DNA of 57,491 nt, from the IMG/VR virus record IMGVR_UViG_3300018081_000005, one strand, 5' to 3'. Below, one piece after another: positions 32,791-40,075 of this stretch; positions within the stretch are counted from its first letter, which is position 1, and every line of letters begins with the position of its first letter. The translations under genes were made by a program, and so were the position numbers. The notes under the pieces are model-generated. The model was not told where the DNA came from. It saw only the letters and a list, made by a program, of their open reading frames with translations, and ran no database searches. The stretch is from a virus.

Positions 32791-33330
32791 GCTGGCGGCG
32801 GAATCTCTACGGCCCAGCTGGTACGCCTGCTCCAGGACTCGTACTAGCGCGGCACGGTTCCGGGAGTACTCGGAATCCCAACCGACCCCACCTTGGATTC
32901 CGCCCCCCAGGGTTGGCATTTCGTAAGACTTCATCCCAAGTTTGGCGGTCCACTCCTCCAGAGCGGCTTGGGAGGTTTCCGAACGCTTGGTCGCTGCCGC
33001 CAAGCGTTCCGCGCGGAGGCGCATCGTGGCGAGGTGCGAACTCCAAAGGTCGATCACATTGCGGCTCTTGATGACGGCCGTCCGGAAGCCATCTTCGGCC
33101 CGCTCGGGTTCGAGAGTATCGCGATCGAGCAGTTGGATCCGGACTCCGTCGCTGGTGGTCGAACTCGGACGGCGCAATGTCCACGACGCCCGACCCTTGT
33201 GGTTGAAGTTGTCTACCGCAACTCCGATCTCTACGACGATCGCGGGCTGAGCGGAAGCTTCCGCGCCCTCGTACATCGAGCCGATGACGACCGCGTAGGT
33301 CATTCCGGTCTTGATCTCGCTTCGCTTCAT
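32788..33330 (-). CDS. Hypothetical protein (180 aa from MKRSEIKTGMTY...)
   Basis: ORF 32788-33366 trimmed to ATG 33330, the start served by unit C. Confidence 0.5.
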   Translation of the reverse strand: MKRSEIKTGMTYAVVIGSMYEGAEASAQPAIVVEIGVAVDNFNHKGRASWTLRRPSSTTSDGVRIQLLDRDTLEPERAEDGFRTAVIKSRNVIDLWSSHLATMRLRAERLAAATKRSETSQAALEEWTAKLGMKSYEMPTLGGGIQGGVGWDSEYSRNRAALVRVLEQAYQLGRRDSAAS

Positions 33331-33405
33331 GACGGTCCCTCTCTCTCGGCGGGGCTCGCTCCCCACTCCAACGCCTACGGTACTCGGCCGTTTGGCGTAT
33401 GGCTA
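33331..33405 (-). promoter_or_regulatory. Early promoter + conserved 5' leader hairpin, unit C
   Basis: TAGCCA (33405-33400)-17 nt-TACCGT (33382-33377). Hairpin GGGG-AGCGAG-CCCC (33364-33351). RBS AGAGAGAGGGA. ATG 33330. Confidence 0.55.
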
Positions 33406-33568
33406 CCGTAGCACCAAGATTCTTTGCAGGAGATCCTTTGGTTGCGGCGCATGCGATCTAGAATCCTATGGGCAAACGCGAGGCTCGCTGGGTAACCGGG
33501 TACGTCTGTGGTCGCGACGCCCGTATGGCGTTCCTAGCCCACGCGGGATGCAGATAACGGAGGGTACG

Positions 33569-33594
33569 CAAAAGGGGCGCCTACTGGCGCCCCT
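33569..33594 (-). terminator. Rho-independent terminator
   Basis: aggggcgcc-tact-ggcgcccct (9-bp stem, tetraloop). On the minus strand it is followed by TTTTG. Confidence 0.6.
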
Positions 33595-33611
33595 CGCTAG
33601 ATCCGTTCCGG

Positions 33612-33743
33612 TCAGCCTAGGATCCGGACGGTTGCCACGATCACCATGGCTACCGCTACCCAGAAGAGGATAGCGAAGAGGCAGCCACTCATAGTGCCGC
33701 CAATACTCCGCTCGCCCCATTCCCTCTCAACATTCTTTCCCAT
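33612..33743 (-). CDS. Unlisted 43-aa membrane peptide candidate (..MSGCLFAILFWVAVAMVIVATVRILG)
   Basis: Hand translation. Third-position G/C is clearly higher than in the overlapping listed 84-aa ORF (33466-33720). Followed directly by a terminator. The internal ATG (MSGC...) may be the true start. Confidence 0.35.
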   Translation of the reverse strand: MGKNVEREWGERSIGGTMSGCLFAILFWVAVAMVIVATVRILG

Positions 33744-33787
33744 GCCTCTTATCCTAATGTAGGGAATTGGTTTTGGCTACAGTCACA

Positions 33788-33817
33788 AGAGGGCGAGTCC
33801 CCCGCAACTCGCCCTCT
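33788..33817 (-). terminator. Hairpin (10-bp stem) after the DUF2786 gene, no U-tract
   Basis: agagggcgag-10 nt-ctcgccctct. Confidence 0.35.
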
Positions 33818-33862
33818 ATAGCAACGACCAGCGTAGCCCTTTGGCGTACACCAGTCTTGCGC

Positions 33863-34918
33863 CTATCCCTCCAAGGCGCCGCGCGTACGGGGCGCGTCCG
33901 GACCGACGCGCTTGGCGGGAGCAACGCGGTCCAAGGGGACGTCTGCCGCTGCCGCGCGTCCGGCGCTCTGAGCCGCCAGACCGGTAGCGGAGTAACGACG
34001 GTCCCGTTCCTTCCGGTAGGCCGCAGTCTCCCAATAGGGCTTGGGCGTCCGCCCTTTCCTAGCCGGTGCCCTCTCGGGGATCGCCACGTCCGTCTTTGGC
34101 TGCGGGCGTAGCTCCGGGAACTCATCCCAGAGCGCTTCCTGAACGCGCTCCGTCCGTCCGTGGAGAACGAGCGCGCCTCCATTGGAGTCCGCTGCATCAC
34201 GAGCCGCGCAGAGGCGCCGGTCAAGCTCATCAACGAACGAGCGCGCGAACTCATCCCGGTAGAGAGCGGCGCTGATGCCGCGCCCATCTAGCGCCGGAGT
34301 CTCATTGCGAGCGGCGCATTCCTCCTTGTAGTACTTCCCTACCAGCGCCGCACGGGCATGGGAAGTCTCGCTCCAGATCAATTTGGCCGCCCGGTCGCGC
34401 GTTATACCAGCGCTGCGGAGCCGATAGGCGTTGGCCCGATCGCTGAGGTTCGGGTCTGGCTTAGGCTCTAACCGTTCCCCGAATACGATTCGGGCGTTGG
34501 CGGTGATGAGCTCGGCTAGCCGGAGATCACCGGAGTAGCCAACCATGACCGCCCAAATCCCGTACTCTCCGGTGTCGTGGTTGGTCTTCCAGCGGTAGTG
34601 CATCTTGACCCCGGAGTGGGTCGCCGCCGCGTAGGCCAGCGCATACCATTCCTGGTAGTAGCTACTCCCTGGCTTCTTGGTGGTAGCCCTAGTGGAGTCC
34701 TTCAGCGGCCCCAACCAGAGCTCGTGGACCTCAGGAAGGATCTCCACCTGATCGGAGGCGATCAAGTATTCCTCCGCGATCCGGTAGTCCCGCATCAGCT
34801 GCTCCGCCTTTGAGCGGAACGCTGTTGCCTCGTCCGGGAACTCGCTGGAGTCCGCCTTGGCTAGGAGTGCCTGCACCAAGGTCATGATCCGGTTAAGGTC
34901 AATCGTGGTAGTAGTCAT
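33863..34918 (-). CDS. DUF2786-family protein
   Basis: ORF trimmed to ATG 34918 (unit D). The N-terminus LNRIMTLVQALLAKADSSEFPDEATAFRSKAEQLMRDYRI matches the DUF2786 signature (K-x-x-x-L-L-A-K-A-E-S-T-x-F-x-x-E-A-E-A-F). Confidence 0.65.
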   Translation of the reverse strand: MTTTTIDLNRIMTLVQALLAKADSSEFPDEATAFRSKAEQLMRDYRIAEEYLIASDQVEILPEVHELWLGPLKDSTRATTKKPGSSYYQEWYALAYAAATHSGVKMHYRWKTNHDTGEYGIWAVMVGYSGDLRLAELITANARIVFGERLEPKPDPNLSDRANAYRLRSAGITRDRAAKLIWSETSHARAALVGKYYKEECAARNETPALDGRGISAALYRDEFARSFVDELDRRLCAARDAADSNGGALVLHGRTERVQEALWDEFPELRPQPKTDVAIPERAPARKGRTPKPYWETAAYRKERDRRYSATGLAAQSAGRAAAADVPLDRVAPAKRVGPDAPRTRGALEG

Positions 34919-34990
34919 CTCGGGTCCCTCTCTGCAGCGGCTCGCTCCGCTCGCACTCCGTACGGTACTCCACTGCGGTCCGGAAGTAAA
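34919..34990 (-). promoter_or_regulatory. Early promoter + conserved 5' leader hairpin, unit D (first after the late terminator)
   Basis: TTTACT (34990-34985)-17 nt-TACCGT (34967-34962). Hairpin AGCGG-AGCGAG-CCGCT (34951-34936). RBS AGAGAGGGA. ATG 34918. Confidence 0.55.
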
Positions 34991-34997
34991 GGGCGAT

Positions 34998-35039
34998 GGC
35001 CCCTCCTGTACGTGGTTGCGAGTCACCACAGGAGGGGCC
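34998..35039 (-). terminator. Strong hairpin ending the late (structural + lysis) block
   Basis: ggcccctcctgt ... acaggaggggcc forms a perfect 12-bp outer stem, with inner gtggt/accac pairing possible. It lies about 105 nt after the holin stop and immediately upstream of promoter D. Confidence 0.6.
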
Positions 35040-35143
35040 ACCAAGGTCTGGGGGAACGGTAGGGGAGAGGGAACTACCCATGCCCGTTCGACCGCGCCAG
35101 GCCCACCGTAGGGAACGGTACCTCACGCCGGAATCTGGCGCTA

Positions 35144-35368
35144 CTAGTTAGGACCGGACTCAGGCTCCTCCTCCGGCGGGTAGGCATTGACGTGTCCAGC
35201 GGCAACCAGACCCGCCAGGCCGGCTAAGTAGGTCACCAATTCAGTGACCGCATCCGCCGCGTCAACGGCCCAGGGAGACGGAATGTGCTTCAGCACAATT
35301 GCCGCGCCTGCGAGGACGATGGTGATCAAGTAGATGGTCTTTCGGACGTTCGGACTATCGGTGAACAT
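35144..35368 (-). CDS. Holin candidate (two TM helices, acidic C-terminus)
   Basis: IYLITIVLAGAAIVL and LVTYLAGLAGLVAAG TM segments. 74 aa. Last gene of the lysis cassette. Confidence 0.6.
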   Translation of the reverse strand: MFTDSPNVRKTIYLITIVLAGAAIVLKHIPSPWAVDAADAVTELVTYLAGLAGLVAAGHVNAYPPEEEPESGPN

Positions 35369-35380
35369 AGCGCTCCATTC

Positions 35381-35803
35381 CTACGTTATATCGGGCCGAG
35401 TCCTAGCTCCATTGCCCTTACGTCTCGGTAGCGTACCGGCCGCTGGTCGGCCGCCCGGGGAGGGATGCCATTGAATGTGAGTTTCGAGATCAGCCCGGAT
35501 GGCGGTTGACTCGGTTCGCAACCGGGCCACTTCAACTTGCAGCAGTTTGATCTCGGAACGTAGACTGGTAACCTCTGGTGAAATGAGGATTCCCTCGTCG
35601 TCGTATTCAGCCGGCTTCCCGAGAAGGTCGTCAATCCCTCGATCGAACCGACGAAACGTACGAACGCCACGTTTCCACATAGGACGTATCACCTTCCGGT
35701 ATACCCATCCTAGAACCGTACCGAGCGCTATCAGCGCTCCGCACACTACGCCAACCGTCCTCCACCAGTCTTCGCTGAATGACCTCCACGCATCCGCTAG
35801 CAT
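35381..35803 (-). CDS. N-terminally anchored membrane protein with coiled coil (lysis-associated)
   Basis: TM segment TVGVVCGALIALGTVLGWV, then a coiled-coil segment SLRSEIKLLQVEVARLRTE. Confidence 0.5.
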   Translation of the reverse strand: MLADAWRSFSEDWWRTVGVVCGALIALGTVLGWVYRKVIRPMWKRGVRTFRRFDRGIDDLLGKPAEYDDEGILISPEVTSLRSEIKLLQVEVARLRTESTAIRADLETHIQWHPSPGGRPAAGTLPRRKGNGARTRPDIT

Positions 35804-35859
35804 CGGAACGCCGTTCTCTTGTTGCCGCCCGTGCCGGGGTCCAGGACACGGGTGTCTTG

Positions 35860-36441
35860 CTATCCTCTAGCTAATAGTACGATGAGCGCAATTATAGAGA
35901 CCAGAACGGCTAATCCCCCAAAGATCGCGCCCAGATTGAGCCGCGATTCGCCTTGCTGACCTTGCTTCCCTTGTGCTTCGTATTGGGCCCGTCTTAGATC
36001 GGCGATATCCTTCTGGATTGGTTCCAGTGCGGCCGCAAGAGCAGTCGTAGCGGCCGATGCGGCCGCCTGAACTTGTGTCCTCAAGGCTTCAGCAGATTGC
36101 GCCACTTGGGCCGCCAGGGTCTGAGCTTGTTGGGCCGAAACCTCCGCCGCCCGTTGTACTGCGTTGACGTCAATCTGCCTAATGGCATTGATGCGTTCCG
36201 CTTCTTGTGCACGCAGTCGATCCTCATACCCAGCTCGAACCTCGGCTATCTCTCTAGAATGCCTTCTCGCCTCGTCGGCCAGGCGCTGATCGGCCGCTCT
36301 CAGATCATCTTGTCGTTGTATCGCGGCCCCAACAAGATCCAATACATTCCGAGTGGGATCAACGACGGGGTCACCGACCGCATCTACCCCCAAGCCATGA
36401 GCCGGCTCCAAATTTCGGCTTGGGGGCCTACGGCCGGTCAC
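35860..36441 (-). CDS. Tail-anchored membrane protein with long Ala/Gln-rich coiled coil (lysis-associated)
   Basis: C-terminal TM segment LGAIFGGLAVLVSIIALIVLLA. The preceding ~130 aa are heptad-like. Adjacent to the endolysin. Confidence 0.5.
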   Translation of the reverse strand: MTGRRPPSRNLEPAHGLGVDAVGDPVVDPTRNVLDLVGAAIQRQDDLRAADQRLADEARRHSREIAEVRAGYEDRLRAQEAERINAIRQIDVNAVQRAAEVSAQQAQTLAAQVAQSAEALRTQVQAAASAATTALAAALEPIQKDIADLRRAQYEAQGKQGQQGESRLNLGAIFGGLAVLVSIIALIVLLARG

Positions 36442-36444
36442 AAT

Positions 36445-37362
36445 TCAGACCTTGGGGGTAACGGCGAAGTGTTCAGCGAGTTCTTCGTCCAGCATTTCGC
36501 GGATCTCATCGGCCGTCTTGTCGGCCAGGAGCGCCGCCAACTTCTCCATCTGCTCGTCGCTGAGCTTGACGGTTTCCGTCGGACGGCCGACGTCATCCAT
36601 CGTATAGATGTCCACGCCGTACACGCCCGCTCGTACGTCGGCCATGGCGACCGAAACGTACGTAAGGCTCTTCATCCCTCGCGCCGCCAGATTCAGCGCC
36701 AGAGACCGCATGTCGGCAATCCCGCGTACCGTATTGCCGGCCATGATGACGATCTCGCCCTTTTCTCCCCGCAGGAAGACATCCACGTCGTCCACCCCAC
36801 CCTTCTCGAATTCGAGTACGGCGGCCGGAATGTTGTCTCCGGCCCAATAACGGATGTGCCAAGGTTCGGACTGGACCTCATGTGAGAATCCGTATGTCCC
36901 CTCATTCGCTACCAACCAGGCCAGCGTAAGGTTGTCCAACGATTCGGCCGCCGCATCGCTGTCGCGTTCCTCGCCGGTATCGATCGCTAACGCCCAACCG
37001 TGATTGGAAGTCCCGGGCACAGCAGCTACCGCAGTCCCGGGCTTTTGGTACCAGCGCTTTCCTTGCCACAAGACCGACGGGCGGCCGGCCAGGACCTTAG
37101 TTGTGTATCGCTCTACGAAGATTCGTTGCTGAACTTCGTATGGACGATACGAATCGAACAAGGAAGTAGCTTTGAGTGTATGCCCGGCCCTGAGAGCCGC
37201 AGCGCACAATGCCCGCCAACTGCGCGCTGCCGGCGATACCAGACGAACGGTGACGCCACCGGCTAACCCCGGGGTATCGACCAGAATCTCCGCTGGCAAC
37301 TTGCCGTTGGTCTTGCCGCCAAGGGATCCTGGCATCGTTACCGCATGTACGGGAAACGCCAT
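36445..37362 (-). CDS. Endolysin, LAS/M15 (VanY-like) metallopeptidase with C-terminal domain of unknown type
   Basis: SNHGWALAID (H-x6-D) and SEPWHIRY (second His) are the M15 zinc ligand motifs. The C-terminal ~120 aa are unassigned (possible wall-binding domain). Confidence 0.8.
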   Translation of the reverse strand: MAFPVHAVTMPGSLGGKTNGKLPAEILVDTPGLAGGVTVRLVSPAARSWRALCAAALRAGHTLKATSLFDSYRPYEVQQRIFVERYTTKVLAGRPSVLWQGKRWYQKPGTAVAAVPGTSNHGWALAIDTGEERDSDAAAESLDNLTLAWLVANEGTYGFSHEVQSEPWHIRYWAGDNIPAAVLEFEKGGVDDVDVFLRGEKGEIVIMAGNTVRGIADMRSLALNLAARGMKSLTYVSVAMADVRAGVYGVDIYTMDDVGRPTETVKLSDEQMEKLAALLADKTADEIREMLDEELAEHFAVTPKV

Positions 37363-37406
37363 TCTCTCACCCCTATCTCTTGTTACGGAGTCTACTCGAG
37401 CAGCCG

Positions 37407-37658
37407 TTACTGCGACTTGCCGAGAATGACTACCCTATGGCTCTTGCTAGCCGGAGCGGGATTGGCCCAAAGCAACACCAATACCCTATCATTCAGGACC
37501 AAGCCAGTTACTAGCTTATCCGGCGTAAATGGTAACGGGGTTGAGTCGCAGTCCAACCTGATTCGCAACGGGGACGCTTGAGTAACGGTTGCCCAAACAT
37601 GGACATCAGGCCCAAATGGCTCTTTTGGGACTAATAGGTCTAAGTTACGTTGGCTCAT
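37407..37658 (-). CDS. Small beta-rich protein at the tail/lysis boundary
   Basis: ORF track (83 aa). ATGA-type coupling to the upstream tail gene. Confidence 0.45.
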   Translation of the reverse strand: MSQRNLDLLVPKEPFGPDVHVWATVTQASPLRIRLDCDSTPLPFTPDKLVTGLVLNDRVLVLLWANPAPASKSHRVVILGKSQ

Positions 37659-39712
37659 AGGTCTACCACCTCGCGCAAGATAGTAACCGCCAACGCCTTC
37701 CCGTCCAATGTCAATCCGGTCCTGGAGACAACATGACGGGCATCAATCCCGGCCGGCTGCCGCCTGAACTTAGCGGCTTGGTTCACAGCCAAGCCGGGAA
37801 CGGGCGCGTGATTGATCTCCACACTAGACGTCGGGCTAGTCAGCTCAATCAGTCTCTTCTGCGCGGTTGCATCCAACGCCGCCTGATCGACGGCTTCGAT
37901 CCCAGTTTCGGTCCGCCCAATGACCCGCCCGCGGTTTGGTTGAGAGTATGGGGAGTCAACATCGGTATTGTTCACCGTAGATGTTAACGCGGCGGTAGTA
38001 CCATCACCGATCCCAACCAACGTGACCCGATTGGGGATGCTCCAGATGTCTACATCCCTGACGAAGTTAGGCTCATAGATAGATTCCGGGCCGTCAATGA
38101 ACTCGTAACGCAACGGCCGCTGGGCGGGTAGGATATATGGCGCCCCCACCATCTGACCTTCGAAGTTAGAGTACAGGCTGAAGTAGTTGATGAGATCCAA
38201 TAGGTCGTTGATGATTCGCAACTTACTGGTTCCCGAACTCCATACCAGGTCCCCATCCAAGACCTTAGCCGAAGCGGTGATCGCATGGTTGGTGATGCCA
38301 GCGCTCTCAATCAGGATGACGATCTCAGTCGTAACAACGGATCCCGCCGCTAATCCATACGTCTCGGATACCGTGTCTTGGTCTAGGATCGTACTCTTGT
38401 CCAGGAGCTTAATAGCCCAACTTCGACCGTTGGCCCAGGAGTCCGGCGCTTCGGCCGGCAGGAATACTCCCAACGGTTGAACGGGTAAGCCTTCAATCAG
38501 CATGTACGGACGGAGCCGCGCGCTCAACCAGTCGATAGTCTGATTCACGTCTTTCACCGTCAGCGAACCCGCACCTTTGACTACAGCATTAGACAGCCAA
38601 TCAAGCTTGCCACCGGTAACACCATCTAACCTGGCCAACGGAGAGTCATTCTGGTCCAAAACGTCAACGTAAAATCTGGTGTTCCTGTTACCGGTCAGGA
38701 TCTCCGCCGGAGTCAGGATCCGAACCGGAATAAGAGGAGTCAGCGCTAGTCCGGAGGCTTCAAGAGTCAGAGTCAGATCGAGAGCGGTCGACCCACCGCC
38801 ACCCGGAGAGTGCCCAACACCATTCAGGCCGAGAGTCAGACCTACATTGGCCGAGCCCTTTCCGATCGCCTTACCCGTAGCTGCAACGCCCAAGGTGACA
38901 TTCGGTCCGCCCGATGTCCCTTTCTTGACGGACTTCCCGACCCCAGCAACGCCTAACGTCAAACCGACATTGGCGGTGCCCTTGCTGACGGTCTTCTTCC
39001 CGGTTGCGGCCAACCCAAGGGTAATGTCTAGTGCCGAGCTTCCTTGATTGGCAGCCTGGCCGAGGACCTCTACCGCAACACCAACCCACTTCTGTCCGGA
39101 AGGGGTCGTCATGCCGGTTGTCTTCGCCGCAGCGGTTCCGGCATCAGTTACATAGGCGCCAAAGAAAGTCGCCGCGCCGGCAACGTCTTGCGCCATTAGC
39201 TCCGTACCGGCACCCGAGGATGGCGTAATGCTATTGATAGTCCGCCAAACGCGGCCGGTGATAGTACTTTCGTTCCAGTCACAGAAGTACTCGACAATGG
39301 CCGAATTGGCGACCGTCGTAGTCAGGGCAAGAGATGGAGCGCTAGTGCCGGCATTACCCTTGCTAGTGGCCCCGATCCCAGCCGATCCAGACCAACGAGT
39401 AACTTGAATCGCGCCGGGCTGGGCGCTCCCGCCATTACTAACGGATACGTTGAACGTCTCAGCAGTCGTAGCAGTAGCGGTCCAAACATACAGGACGCTA
39501 TTGGACGTCAACTGGTGCGATTGCTTCAACGTCCAAGTGAGGCTGGTCCCCCCGGTTGGAGTATTGAAGTTCTCCGACGAGGAATTGTATTCGCCCTCTA
39601 CCGCCGCACAGACTAGCTTGTCGCCAACAGCTGTTGTTACGCTAATGCTCTTCGGCCAAGTACCGTTGAATGCACTAGTGTAGGTAGCGACCCTAGTGGG
39701 CGGCGTAGCCAA
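37655..39712 (-). CDS. Minor tail protein (tail-tip/Tal-like C-terminal half, N-terminal lectin-like domain, central 20-aa repeats)
   Basis: Position after the tape measure and Dit-like gene. Central repeats SKGTANVGLTLGVAGVGKSV / GKGSANVGLTLGLNGVGHSP are shared with 3716-4624. The C-terminal ~370 aa resemble actinophage minor tail proteins as I recall them. Confidence 0.7.
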   Translation of the reverse strand: MATPPTRVATYTSAFNGTWPKSISVTTAVGDKLVCAAVEGEYNSSSENFNTPTGGTSLTWTLKQSHQLTSNSVLYVWTATATTAETFNVSVSNGGSAQPGAIQVTRWSGSAGIGATSKGNAGTSAPSLALTTTVANSAIVEYFCDWNESTITGRVWRTINSITPSSGAGTELMAQDVAGAATFFGAYVTDAGTAAAKTTGMTTPSGQKWVGVAVEVLGQAANQGSSALDITLGLAATGKKTVSKGTANVGLTLGVAGVGKSVKKGTSGGPNVTLGVAATGKAIGKGSANVGLTLGLNGVGHSPGGGGSTALDLTLTLEASGLALTPLIPVRILTPAEILTGNRNTRFYVDVLDQNDSPLARLDGVTGGKLDWLSNAVVKGAGSLTVKDVNQTIDWLSARLRPYMLIEGLPVQPLGVFLPAEAPDSWANGRSWAIKLLDKSTILDQDTVSETYGLAAGSVVTTEIVILIESAGITNHAITASAKVLDGDLVWSSGTSKLRIINDLLDLINYFSLYSNFEGQMVGAPYILPAQRPLRYEFIDGPESIYEPNFVRDVDIWSIPNRVTLVGIGDGTTAALTSTVNNTDVDSPYSQPNRGRVIGRTETGIEAVDQAALDATAQKRLIELTSPTSSVEINHAPVPGLAVNQAAKFRRQPAGIDARHVVSRTGLTLDGKALAVTILREVVDL

Positions 39713-39716
39713 TGTA

Positions 39717-40064
39717 CTAGACCGCCGTAGCGGTGACCGTCAGGGCGGTGATCTGGTAATCACCGGTGGCGTTGTAGGCGGAGTCGCCAGTCAACGCCTG
39801 GTTGCCATAGAACGTTCCGGCCGTTGACGCGCTGAACAGAAGCACGTTGGTAACCGAAGCGGCCGGCGTCCCGGTAAAGGCCAGCGGGACGTTGGTAACG
39901 GTAATGACGCTAGGAGACGCCGTTGTGGGCGTTCCAAGCGTCAGGAGAACGCGCGCCGCGCTGTTCTCCGTACCGGACGTTGTGCCGCTTCCAAGAGCGG
40001 CGTAGACCACAGCCTCATTGCCGTCATCCATGAGGGCTTTGAGACCGGCAGCGTTAAGTGACAT
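39717..40064 (-). CDS. Small tail-associated protein (fibre-like Ser/Thr/Gly/Ala-rich)
   Basis: ORF track (115 aa). Lies between two minor tail genes. Confidence 0.5.
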   Translation of the reverse strand: MSLNAAGLKALMDDGNEAVVYAALGSGTTSGTENSAARVLLTLGTPTTASPSVITVTNVPLAFTGTPAASVTNVLLFSASTAGTFYGNQALTGDSAYNATGDYQITALTVTATAV

Positions 40065-40075
40065 GGGATCCCTTC

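Noticed and set aside
33430-33470. A possible tRNA (gatctagaatcc resembles a T-loop).
   Set aside because: I could not fold a cloverleaf on either strand: there is no acceptor-stem complementarity and no D-arm. No other tRNA-like sequence was seen in the intergenic regions.
33466-33720. Listed 84-aa ORF MGRAEYWRHYEW...
   Set aside because: It is Arg-rich and T-rich at codon position 3. The overlapping 43-aa TM frame and a downstream terminator explain the region better.
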